Notes under the pieces: generated by a model
The model's input: only the letters and a program-made list of their open reading frames with translations
Told to the model about the DNA's origin: nothing
Databases searched by the model: none
Made by a program: the position numbers and the translations under genes
Assembly (NCBI GenBank): GCA_905178155.1
Contig: CAJINV010000029.1
Span: forward strand, 106,603-170,602
Direction of reading: 5' to 3'
DNA: 64,000 nucleotides
From: Amoebophrya sp. A120
Taxonomy: Eukaryota; Protista; Dinoflagellata
Shown: piece by piece, positions 36,601-45,900 of the stretch
Layout: each line of letters begins with the position of its first letter
Position numbering within the stretch: the first letter of the stretch is position 1

Positions 36601-39600
36601 TGCTGACCTGTCGGACATGGATGCCGGAAGTGAGCCGAACGCAAGCAGCAGCTCTGTGGCTTTACCTGCTAACACGCACCGGGTTGCGGTTGTTTCTGGC
36701 GTGGAAGTATCAAATGCAAACATATCTGGGTCTGGAAGAGAAACGCAGACATTTGCCATGTTGTTTTTGCATGACGCAAAAGGTCTCTCATGTAAGCCCT
36801 AGCATCACAGATCTCGAGAACCTTCCGCAGACGCAATGCCCAATCCGCATGAGAAAGCCTCTATTTTGGTGACAGGAAGTGGGCGCCTTTTGCTGCCTAT
36901 GCGTGAGAGTTTTTTGTGTGTAGTTGCGAAATGCGCTGCACAAGTTCGCATCTTTCCAGACCCAGACACATTTGCAATTGATAGGAAGCTGCGTCAGCGC
37001 CAGGTGGAAGCTTTAGCTTTGGGGTTGAGAACATACAAGGCCCGGCCCCTGCAAAGTCCCCGCTTCCTGTTACAACGATGCCCACGGTGGCCGCTTCGCT
37101 GAAAAGGCCGGCCGCTCTGGTTGCGGGCAGTCCGAGTGCCGCCAAAAAACAGCAGGACCCGAAGAAGATATCCGCTGCAAATGATATATTTCGGTCTGGA
37201 CGATAAAAGAAAAAGCTGCAACTTGTCATGCGAAGGCACAACCCCAAAAAAACTTTGTATAAACGCCAAAAGATGTAGATGCCCCGTTGCCGTTTCTGCT
37301 AGGCAAGGGGCGGATTTACCATGCGGAACAGGCATCACGAAAGTCCCGCAGAGTCTGTGACGCTTCTGTTCGCATTCCAGACCATGGCTGTGGTCCACGG
37401 GATGCATGACAAATCCTGCGCTCTTCCAGACCCAGACGAATTTGCATTGGATACAAAACGAAAGTACACAACGACTACGCTTTCATCTCGCACGGCATGC
37501 AGATGCCGCTGGACCCTATGAAACACCCGGAGGTCGCGAAAATACTTCGGGAACTAGTGCAGGCGGACATGGCTCTTATGAATGACGCTAAGGCGCTCTA
37601 CGTGGAGTACATGAAACGAAGCACCGCCGGCCCGCACACGAAACTCCCCGGAACGAATGAGAAGATGATTGGCTTTTGGTTGAAGGAACAGTTCAAAGGC
37701 GACAACCGCGAAACGCCGAAGGCACGTTTTACAATCTTCGGCACGCGCTTTCACAAAGACCCCCACGGTATGGGTATGAACGGACAAAATACAACTTGGC
37801 CCCAATGCGACCATATGGCGCCACGAGAATGTCGCCGCTGGCTCCGAAGGCCGCCGCTGGCGCCGGGGCCGCCACTGACTTCTCAAGCCGCCGCTGGCTC
37901 GGAAAACCGCCGCTGGCCCGCCGGCCGCCGCTGGCGCCGGGGCCGCCGCTGACTTCTAGGCCGGCCCGCCGCTGGCTCGGAAAACCGCCGCTGGCCCCCT
38001 GGCCGCCGCTGGCGCCGGGGCCGCCGCTGACTTCTAGGCCGGCCCGCCGCTGGCTCGGAAAACCGCCGCTGGCCCCCTGGCCGCCGCTGGCGCCGGGGCC
38101 GCCGCTGACTTCACGGGCCGCCGCTGGCCCGGAAAACCGCCGCCGCTGGCCCCCTGGCCGCCGCTGGCGCCGGGGCCGCCGCTGACTTCGCAGGCCGCCG
38201 CTGGCCCGGAAAACCGCCGCTGGCCCCTTGGCCGCCACTGGCGCCGGGGCCTCCGCTGACTTCTCCGGCCGCCGCTGGCATGGAAAAGAAGCCGCCGCTG
38301 GCGCCGGGGCCGGCCGCCGCTGACTTCGCAGGCCGCCGCTGGCTCGGAAAACCGCCGCTGGCCTCGCGGCCGCCGCTGGCGCCGGGGCCGCCGCTGACTT
38401 CACAGGCCGCCGGGGCCAGCGGCGGTTTTCAAAACCGCCGCTGGCCCCCTGGCCGCCGCTGGCGCCGGGGCCGCCGCTGACTTCGCAGGCCGCCGCTGGC
38501 TTGGACAACCGCCGCTGGCCCCCGGGCCGCCGCTGGCGCCGGGGCCGCCGCAGACTTCTCAGGCCGCTGGCTCGGAAAACCGCCGCTGGCCCCCTGGCCG
38601 CCGCTGGCGCCGGGGCCGGCCGCCGCTGATTTCTCAGGCCGCCGCTTGCTCGGAAAATAAAACGCCGCTGGCCCCCTGGCCGCCGCTGGCGCCGGGGCCG
38701 CCGCTGACTTTCCAGGCCGCCGCTTGCCCGGAAAATAAAAACCGCCGCTGGCCCCTTGGCCGCCGCTGGCGCCGGGGCCGCCGCTGACTTCTCAGGCCGC
38801 CGCTGGATTGGAAAAGCGCCGCTGGCCCCCTTGCCGCCGCTGGCGCCGGGGCCGGGGCCGGCCGCCGCTGCCCTCTCAGGCCGCCGCTGGCTTGGAAAAC
38901 CGCCGCTAGCGCCGGGGCCGCCGCTGGCTTCTCAGGCGGGCCCGCCGCCGCAGGCCCGGAAATAAAACCGCCGCTGGCGCCGGGGGGGGCCGCCGCTGAT
39001 TTCCGAGGCCGCCGCTGGTTTGAAAAACCCACCGCCGATGGCCCCCTGGCCGCCGCTGACGCCGAAGGCCGCCGCTGGCTCGGAAAACCGCCGCTGGCCC
39101 CCTGGCCGCCGCTGGCTACAGAAAGTGAAAGCGAGAGGCCTCCGCCGGCGCCAGGGCCGCCGCTGGCGCCAAGGCAGGCCGCCACTGGCTCCCCAGACCG
39201 ACCGCCGCTGCTGGCCCGCAGCGAGCGCTCAGGCCGTCTACGATCCGTAGACAGCCTGAACGGCCGTGAGGGTATATCGTGAAGTCGTGAAATGCAGTAG
39301 GAGGAGGCGCGGCACAAACAGAGAACTTTTGAAGTTCCTGGATGTGTCATGCGCGCCAGAGGGGGGCGGGAACCCAAACCCATTGCGTTTCCACGCTACC
39401 GGGCACCCACGGCGCTGGGTATTGGGTTGGGAAAGATTCCTCCCCACCCAATGGGTGGAGAAGCAACCGTTTGGTGATTCGTTTTTTTTTTTGAAATTCC
39501 AAGCGGCTTGCTCTCCATCCTCTTGGTGCGGAAAGATTCCTCCCCGCCCAATGGCTGGAGAAAAAGCCGCGTCGGAATTTATTCGCTCTGTTTTGAATTT

Positions 39601-41242
39601 CCGAGCGGCGTTCTCACCAGCCGACTGCTGGGGAAAGATAAAGCAGGCCGCTTTGCGAATTTGTAGTGCGGTTCTTCGCCACCCAGGGTGGCGAAAAACT
39701 GCGAAAAACCCCCGAGGCCCCCTCCCCCCCCCCCTGAAAAGTGAAGCCTCTACCCCGTCCGGGACGGGAAAAATTGGGAGCGGGCGGAGCCCCATGTGCT
39801 GCGTCATTCCCGTGCGCCGCTCGTTCCCGTGGCACTCATATGTGCTCGCATTCCTGTAGGTCAGGTCGTATTTTGTCCGTTCATATCCCACGGCGCACCC
39901 AGTACGGGAGGCGCAGCCGTGCAGCCGCCCGAGAACCGGGAACAGCTGGCGCAGAAAGTTCAGGGAAGTTCAGCCGCCTCGGGCGCCGCTGCGAAAAGGG
40001 ACACGGCGAGCCTCGGCACGGGCTCGAAGGGGGCGAACCAGGCAGCGGCCGAACCGAACAGCTTGGGCAGCTCTACGAACGCTGGGCAGCCGGCTGGCGA
40101 AACCAGTGCTGCAGCTAAGTGGTCCCGCTGCAAAAAATGCGAAATGAAGAAACCGGAGTGGTACGACAAAAAAATTGGACTGACGAACCAGATAGACATC
40201 CCCGCGATGGTCCGTAGGGTTCAGGATGCCGGGAACAATTTCTTTCAAGGAGGCAAGGGAATGTGTGTGCAGTGTATTTGGCACAAGGCGAAACAGCCGC
40301 CGTACGATTTCGCGAAAGACGACTACAGCGGCTTTAACACGACCCGGACGGCCGTTCTGAAAACCGCAGGAACACCCACCTGCCTGCTGACGCGTTTGGC
40401 CCAATACATCGAGTACGCAGTGCAAGAGTCAACGTGTCTGGGTATCTCTGGAAGACTGAGACATGTGATGCTGGATGCGGATTCTAAAAAAGTCTGTGTT
40501 GCATGAGCAGCAAAAGGAGTCCAATTCTTGCTACCTGGGCAGAGCAGTTTTCATGTGTGATAAGCATGAAGAAGCTCTAAGAAAATCTGTGATGCTAGGA
40601 CCTGCATAGCAGACCTCACGGGACATGCAAAAAGTGCATGACATTGTTCCAGACCCAGACGCAAACGCATTTGCATTTGATATCGACGACCGTGCCCGTG
40701 CAGCAATTGTTCCGCCGCCAGCGCAACCACCTGCGGGCACAAACGTTATCGTCGGACAGAACGCTCCTGCACCCGCAGGGCCGCAATTCCGTGCAACTAT
40801 TCCTCAGCCAGAAAACACGTCCGGCAAGTATTGCCGGGCCAAGGAGACAGCACCGGGAAACGCGTGCACGAAGAAGCCCGCTGATGCTCCTTTGGTGTGG
40901 CATTGGAGTTTCTTGGTGCCGGGCGAGAAGGTGCCGCCGGCCTTCGACCTGTGTAGCCGCTGCAGATTTCACCGCACGCTGCGCGACATCATCGACGCGT
41001 CCGCGGATGGCGCCCCGGGTGCGGTTCTGGAGACCCTGCTGCAGAAGGTCCGCGAGTGCCACCCAAATGCTGACCATTCTCGATTCCCCTCGCCTACTCG
41101 CCAGGACGTTGCGAAGCTCGAGACTTTTGCTAGAGGCGACACACCTGCGCAAGGGTACGATGCGAAAAGATGGGCAAAACACAAACGGGCGCAGCGGGAG
41201 GTCATCTGGCAGCAGTACCAGAACTGCTTGCGGCAATGGTAG
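18601..41242 (+). CDS. Large DDE transposase (DUF6729-like domain, DxxH-type core), 2,367 aa, 30 exons: 18601-18770, 19090-19127, 19427-19711, 20142-20445, 20553-20929, 21235-21283, 21629-21750, 22170-22400, 23043-23411, 23701-23921, 24229-24345, 24609-24856, 25698, 25986-26548, 26813-26893, 27207-27228, 28746-29069, 31757-31928, 32247-32486, 32667-32806, 33732-33788, 34194-34335, 34637-34961, 35236-35579, 35845-36230, 36497-36707, 36989-37168, 37459-37768, 39894-40413, 40688-41242 (left DR copy kept by convention)
   Basis: Removing each element plus 5 nt keeps one stop-free frame over 29 junctions; total 7,104 nt, divisible by 3. Ordered motifs FYWFNP..LACP..C, GEAVSWDCT, RILGYALL..PPALIFNDNNCC, KGDIFHAARRI, DLREHCDR, RGTPCVES, GWN, EVFGADYL. 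Start codon uncertain (first ATG after in-frame TAG at 18157). Confidence 0.88.
18771..19084. mobile_element. Introner family D (transposase intron 1)
   Basis: tatcctcagcaaaaacgtct ... ggggacatttttccacagagta; DR ttccg/ttcct. Confidence 0.88.
19128..19421. mobile_element. Introner, A-like (intron 2)
   Basis: tatcaagtgcaaac ... gtttgcactgcata; DR gagcg/gaccg. Confidence 0.85.
19712..20136. mobile_element. Introner family E (intron 3)
   Basis: catgaaggtgcacaactcccc ... ggggaattgtgcactctcata; DR ggacg/gggcg. Confidence 0.88.
20446..20547. mobile_element. Short 102-bp introner-like intron (intron 4)
   Basis: tatgcaccggaaaaa ... ttttcttcttgata; DR decayed; frame restored. Confidence 0.65.
20706..20870 (+). 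repeat. Coding repeat, 3x GFGAPQHxxSAPPG
   Basis: Visible in ORF 20530..21024. Confidence 0.85.
20930..21229. mobile_element. Introner family A (intron 5)
   Basis: tatgcattgcaaatatgtcggg ... cccgacatatttgcatctgata; DR tccag/cccag. Confidence 0.9.
21284..21623. mobile_element. Introner family B (intron 6)
   Basis: tatgacgttctcagtcgttac ... gtaacgtgtgagaaccccata; DR decayed. Confidence 0.85.
21751..22164. mobile_element. Introner family H (intron 7)
   Basis: tatccaaggaaaaaggacc ... ggtctttcttttccgtttgatg; DR gtccc/gtctc. Confidence 0.8.
22401..23037. mobile_element. Introner family G with nested A (intron 8)
   Basis: tatcaaactgaaaagtgccc ... gggcacttttcagcttgata. Confidence 0.88.
22682..22949. 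mobile_element. Introner family A nested in G
   Basis: tacgcattgcaaaaatgtctgggtctgga ... tccagacccagacatatttgcatttgata. Confidence 0.9.
23412..23695. mobile_element. Introner family A (intron 9)
   Basis: tatcggatgcaaatttgtctggctctggaa ... gacaaatttgcatttgata; DR lost (tgcgc/aaccc) but frame restored. Confidence 0.88.
23922..24223. mobile_element. Introner family A (intron 10)
   Basis: tatgcattgcaaatgtg ... cacatttgcactcgaga; DR tcgac/tcgct. Confidence 0.87.
24346..24603. mobile_element. Introner family A (intron 11)
   Basis: tatcaagtgcaaatatgtctgggtctggaa ... gcgcttgata; DR atgtt/atatt. Confidence 0.9.
24857..25692. mobile_element. Bloated family D introner with GC-rich insert (intron 12)
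   Basis: tatcctctgcaaaaaaattcccc ... catttttgcactggatg; right end inferred from terminal similarity and frame. Confidence 0.7.
25699..25980. mobile_element. Introner family A (intron 13)
   Basis: Family A termini; perfect DR cgcac. Confidence 0.92.
26549..26807. mobile_element. Introner family A (intron 14)
   Basis: Family A termini; DR ggagg/gtagg. Confidence 0.9.
26894..27201. mobile_element. Introner family D (intron 15)
   Basis: tatcctgtggaaaaacgtccccgcccc ... ggggcggggacgtttttactcagcata; DR acgtt/gcgct. Confidence 0.92.
27229..28740. mobile_element. 1.5-kb introner containing a family F hairpin module (intron 16)
   Basis: tataatggaaacaactct ... agagttgtcccttttcccgttata; DR gtgtt/gtgcg; frame restored. 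Confidence 0.78.
27480..28620. mobile_element. Family F right-end hairpin array, nested
   Basis: Repeated cgccacccgaggggtggcg and gagcggga..ctggaac..gttccag..cccgctc hairpins; terminus ttgtattttgtccgttcata. Confidence 0.85.
29070..31751. mobile_element. 2.68-kb satellite-filled introner (intron 17)
   Basis: tatgaggtcctcag ... gggcgccata; DR actgc/gttgc; removal yields SWDC-TGVRSVRG in frame. Confidence 0.8.
29150..31530. repeat. 48-bp satellite in inverted (foldback) arrangement
   Basis: Forward blocks 29150-29455 and 29900-30185, reverse blocks 30200-30700 and 30860-31530; ~130-bp spacer duplicated at 29770-29900 and 30722-30852. Confidence 0.92.
31929..32241. mobile_element. Introner family A (intron 18)
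   Basis: Family A termini; perfect DR gatat. Confidence 0.92.
32487..32661. mobile_element. Fully palindromic family A introner (intron 19)
   Basis: The two halves are near-perfect reverse complements; DR tttct/atttc. Confidence 0.9.
32807..33726. mobile_element. Family C introner with ~760-bp foreign insert (intron 20)
   Basis: tatgaattgcaaaagtatcgc ... gcgatacttttgcgcaggatg; DR tccgc/tccgt. Confidence 0.88.
33789..34188. mobile_element. Introner, A-like (intron 21)
   Basis: tatgaattgcaaacatctctggg ... cccagagagatttgcagtgcata; DR lost (cgata/ggccc) but frame restored. Confidence 0.85.
34336..34631. mobile_element. Introner family A (intron 22)
   Basis: Family A termini; DR ctgcg/ttggg; splits RGTPC from VES. 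Confidence 0.9.
34962..35230. mobile_element. Introner family A (intron 23)
   Basis: Family A termini; perfect DR gaccg. Confidence 0.93.
35243..35475 (+). repeat. Coding repeat, about 4x PAPSSSSSSxVRKPLxxAVxEI
   Basis: Visible in ORF 35099..35590; roughly 69-bp period. Confidence 0.85.
35580..35839. mobile_element. Introner family A (intron 24)
   Basis: Family A termini; perfect DR cacag. Confidence 0.92.
36231..36491. mobile_element. Introner family A (intron 25)
   Basis: Family A termini; DR gcgtg/tcgcg; body similar to 34962 copy. Confidence 0.92.
36708..36983. mobile_element. Introner family A (intron 26)
   Basis: Family A termini; perfect DR ggaag. Confidence 0.93.
37169..37453. mobile_element. 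Introner family A (intron 27)
   Basis: tatccgctgcaaat ... atttgcattggata; DR gaaga/caaaa. Confidence 0.88.
37769..39888. mobile_element. Complete 2.12-kb family F inverted-repeat element (intron 28)
   Basis: tatgggtatgaacggacaaaatacaac ... gtcgtattttgtccgttcatatcc; perfect DR cacgg; removal fuses ORFs 37497 and 39796 (KDPHG-APSTGG). Confidence 0.87.
37830..39235. repeat. GC-rich satellite built on gccgccgctgg inside the family F element
   Basis: Dozens of ccgccgctg(g/a) subunits in a ~75-80-bp higher-order unit. Confidence 0.93.
40414..40682. mobile_element. Introner family A (intron 29)
   Basis: tacgcagtgcaagag ... catttgcatttgata; DR tcgag/tcgac. Confidence 0.88.
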
Positions 41243-42217
41243 GAAGACACGGGGGGACAAATAGTAGCACGATGTGCGAAGCGCCAGGACCAGCAACAGG
41301 GCAACAAATACAGCTGGGCGACAACGCAAATACATCTCCCGGGTGGCTCGCGACAGCAGCCGCCGATCGTAGTCACCTCTCCCTCAACGTCGCTGCAGCA
41401 GTATGTCGAACAGCAACACAAATTTTCAACAGAATAACTACCAGCAGCCGCCTGCTGTTAACGTCGGCGCGAAGAATTATGCGCCAGGAGCTGCGGGAAC
41501 AAAACGCAAAGGCTTTCCCCAAAGCAGCAGCTTCTCGTCTTTTTCCACATCGATCTGCAAAAGGCAGCAAGAAAGGTATTTTTTGGATACGCCGTAGTTG
41601 GTTTTGCTCCACAGGGACTCTTTATTTTCAAAAAAAAGCATTGGAATTGCCCGCCATTGACGATGATGCTGCTGAATTGATGTAGGCTGAAAAATACACG
41701 AGGCGTCGTGGAGATTTCAAAGACATACTTTCTAGCGGGGTCGTGCAACTAGACGTAGAGCAGTAGCATAGGACTAAAAAGCAAAATCCCAGAGGGATGA
41801 AGTAGTTTGCTTTTCTTTCAGGGCGTATTCCTCAACCAACGAACTCTTTCAGGTCGTACAAGCACAAGAAACGACCTCCACATGGGCGTCCCTTCAGCAG
41901 CAGGAGCGCCAGCAGCTCGAAAATATCCGCCCGGGTTGTCGCCGAGAATGAGTTAGGGCGGAAATGACAAATCAAACTTCAAAAATATGAGAAACTACAT
42001 CAGCAGCTATGGAGACTACACGATGAATAAATTTTCGAGCCCGTGCAAGAGCCTTGCTGCTGGTCGTGTAACTGCGAAGAATTCTTCATCTCCCTCCTTC
42101 AGAAGCGAAGCCGTGCAGCCTGTACGCTACTACACAGGTGGTCGTGTAGAAGAGGATCAACACGAGCTGGGCCGCTGCTCCAGCTTCCGATTGGATTATA
42201 AAAAAATAAAAAGCAAG

Positions 42218-42485
42218 TATCCAGTGCAATTATGTATGGGTCTGGAAAAGTGCAGAGTTTGTCATGCAGGTTCTGCATGCGCCCGAAGGTCTGGAATACA
42301 GAGGCGAGCATCACAGTAGCTTATGTGAAAGCATTGCAATGCCTACTCAGCATGGTAAGAAGTCCTCTCTCAGTGTGGCCAAAAATGGAAGCATTTGCTG
42401 TTTGCGTATGGCAGCGTTTTGTGTACCTGAAAAAGAGCATCACGAGTCTGCATTCTTCCGGGCCCAGACATATTTGCACTTGATA
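42218..42485. mobile_element. Introner family A
   Basis: tatccagtgcaattatgtatgggtctggaa ... cccagacatatttgcacttgata; DR gcaag/cccag. Confidence 0.88.
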
Positions 42486-42965
42486 CCCAGGTCCGTCGCT
42501 TCTGACAGTAGCACAACTGGCAGTGGGAGCCGCGCGAGGAGAGGCTGCAAGGGACCACTAACATCTGCAGGAGAGAAAAATGGCGAATCTTCAGTGCAGC
42601 CACCGACGTCTCGCAGTTGTCTGGCCAGTACTTCTAAGACGAGGCTGGCAAACCAGTGACAAAAGCGCGCTTGCTAACGATGGACCAGCTCCCCCTGCCA
42701 GTGCGCTGGAGATGATGAAATTGATGAAACCACAGCCAGATCGCGCGCGAAAGTATAGCAAGCTGCTGCAATATCTGCCCCTCGAACCACGAAACGCGAT
42801 CAGCCGATGAACATCAATCAGCTGCCGCACCCGAGCGCCAGCGCGGCACGAGCGCAGCTTCATCTTCCTCCAAATGCAATGACAGTTACTCCGCTTCGCT
42901 AAACGAGTTTGTGAAGCGACAAACCTTGAAGGTCTTTTTGTGCACGCAGTCGGAGCCATGGACCA

Positions 42966-45900
42966 GTGTCGGTCAAGTGCACGCGGCCAGTGATAGTCCA
43001 CTTTTCGGAGGTGGTAGTGGCTTTTCTGCTGTGCGGAATTATAAAAGCGGCAGCTTCAGTTTGCTGCAGCAAGCCGGCGGTGCTGGAGCGGCGCAACAGG
43101 TGCCAGGAGGTGAAGGTGGAGAAAACAACCTTTCCGCAGCTGCAACGGCTTCAGCAGATGAACGCACAGCATCCAGGTGGTTCTTCTATGCACAACCAGC
43201 CACATGGAAACATGCCGGTCGGCCGGGCGGAGCATCACCCAACGCAGACGGCACACGGCAACCACCAGCGCTATGGGGTGGCCAAGCGTTACCTTTTCAG
43301 CTGTTGCATGGATGGATTTGTCATGCAAAATTATCATCAGCATGTACGGGGAAAAGCTGCTTTGCATGACAAGTTGCTGAAGTGTAAATAGCATGGAAAT
43401 GCGGTCCACATTTGCAATGCAAGAGCGGCAGGGTGCTCCTGGTCAGTTTTGCTACTCTTGCATTACAAATTCATGTAAAAGCTGAGAATGTAACACTTGA
43501 GAACGCCATAAGCACTTGAATTGTGGTGGTGGTGGTGGTAGTCACATGACCCGAGCGGGGCGTGGCGGGGAACGGGAACAGCCTGAACGTGGTGGGCACA
43601 ATAACTACCGCGGAGACCTCCAGCAGCACCGCACTCATCGCGATGAGCAGCGCGGCTTGGAGCAGCAGCACCACGCGCAACAGCAACAAGGTAGAAGCTA
43701 TGGCTACCAGGGCGGCCACAACCCGGGTGCTCCTGGTCGACCACATCAGCGGGCCGCATTCTGAGTCTGCACGGAGTATCAAAGTGCCGATGCCGGTGCA
43801 GCCATCGATGCTGCCGCGGAAGCAAGAGGTATATACTACGTTGGCTCCAGTCTGTCATGCAAAATCTTGCATTGGAGGTGCGTCAACGTCTATGGTGGAT
43901 TTGCAAGAGAAGCGTGCAAAAACTTCTTAAGATTTATTATTCCGAAAAGTAGGAATCGATCGCAATACTAAACGGGTTGACCTGGAGCGGGAGGCTTTGC
44001 CCCCCCAGCAGCACACAATCAACATCTTCTCAACCCGCCCCCGCGGTTCGGCACTCCGGGGTACAACAACCCGAATGTGGTGAACAACAGTAGCACTTCT
44101 TGTCCTCTATCGCAGCAGCAGAAAGCCTGCTCTCCGATGCAACAGCCCGTTTTGACGTTGCCGCAGGTTTCTCCTGTTGGGGCAGTTGTCCCGGATTTGA
44201 ACGTGCACGCATCGACACTACCCCCGCAGCAGCGGAAATTCTCAAACGTGTCCAAAACTCCTCCGATCGGCCCGCCGCCCCCGGCGCCGCCTTGCTTGAC
44301 CCAGCATCCGCCGCCATCGAGGGTAAGTATTGTTGCCGCCGGAACAACTGTTGGCACGGTCAATTTGAACCAACAGGGAAGTTGTAGTGCGGCGGGTGGT
44401 CCAGGTCCGGTGCCGCCGAGCAACTCCACCTGTGGACAGCAGCAGCAGCAGGGGACGAACAATACGAACAACAGCAATTTGCTTGATTGTGCCTTGAACA
44501 GCACCTCCCAGGGGATGTTGTGGACCACGGACCCGACTACCGCCCAGCCGCCGGCTCTGCCGCCGCCGGGTCTGGGGTTGGAAGTCGAATTTCCGACGAA
44601 AATGGGACTGCCCGGGAATGCGAGTATGGCAACATGATGGTAGAACAGCAGCACGCCCCTGACCAGAACTGGACTTCTGCGACTGGAGGTTCTTTGCTGA
44701 ATAACTCTAATGCGAACCCTCCGAACCCGCCACCGAACTACAACCAGCAACAAGTTTCTGCCAATACCACTTACGGGGGCCAGGCTTTCAACGAGATGGA
44801 ACAACAGCATCAAAATCTCCAACAGCCGCATGTTGATACGATGAGCCCCTCCTCCTGCAACCCTCCGTATTACCCGCTGCCGCCGGATGATAATCTCAAC
44901 ACGATGCAGCTAAGCTCTTGCCACGACGACCTTCATGAGAATGAAAAAAGCCTCAAAATCGACAACGAGGTGCTGGAAGCGGCGAAGATCCACGACGAAA
45001 ATTTGACCTCGAGTGAGGACAAGCACTTAGACATGCTGATATGGCGTTCTCAAACGTTACATTCTCAACTGATGTTACATGATTTGTCATGCAAAATGAG
45101 CATCAACATACATTCACACAGTGAAGCTACTTCGCATGACAAATGTTGGAAAGGCTAAACAGAGCCTAAATCTGTGCGGAATTTGTAATGCTACATGTGC
45201 AACCTCCATTCTTGGTCTTTTGCCATTCTTGCATTACAAATTTATGTAACAGTTGAGAATGTAACGTTTGAGAACTGCATAGCTGAACACGTTTACCTAC
45301 ACGCGCGACCAGATGCTTCACCTTCGTTCTTACTGTGACTTGGGCGAAAATGATGACAGCACGCGTTACAAGCTGCTCACGACCGTGGACGGACCGCCGA
45401 TGCCAGGCTTCGGTTGTCGAAAGAAGGAAAAGCAAGAAAGGAAATTGCTAGCGGAGCAGGAGCAACTGGCAGCGAGTGCCGCGGCCGTGCGCAAGCAGGT
45501 CGAGAAAATGGATTACGCGTTATTGTCGGGCCCTCCTACTATTGGACAGCATGGTCCACCGCTGCCGTGTACAACAACTGCAAATACCTTGCAACTGCCT
45601 TATCACAGCCATAGTAGCCAACAGCGTCAGCGGTACTACTCTCACGGAGCTGGTTCGGCGTTTTTGGATCAACCGCCGACGTTGCCGCAGCAATTGCAGC
45701 ATCTCCGGGGCGGTGCTAATATGGCCGGGCATAATCAAGGGCAACACTACAACTCCCGCGAGCGCGAGCATAGCAGTCTCCGGACGGATCAGTATCACCG
45801 CGATCAACGGGCCGCGCATCAGCCTTATAATGAGCAGCGGCACAATGTTCCTGGTGATCTGCATCATCGTCGCCAGCAGTACAACAACCCGAGTGATCAA

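Noticed and set aside
37676-39383. Pro/Ala/Arg-rich ORFs
   Set aside because: GC satellite within the family F element
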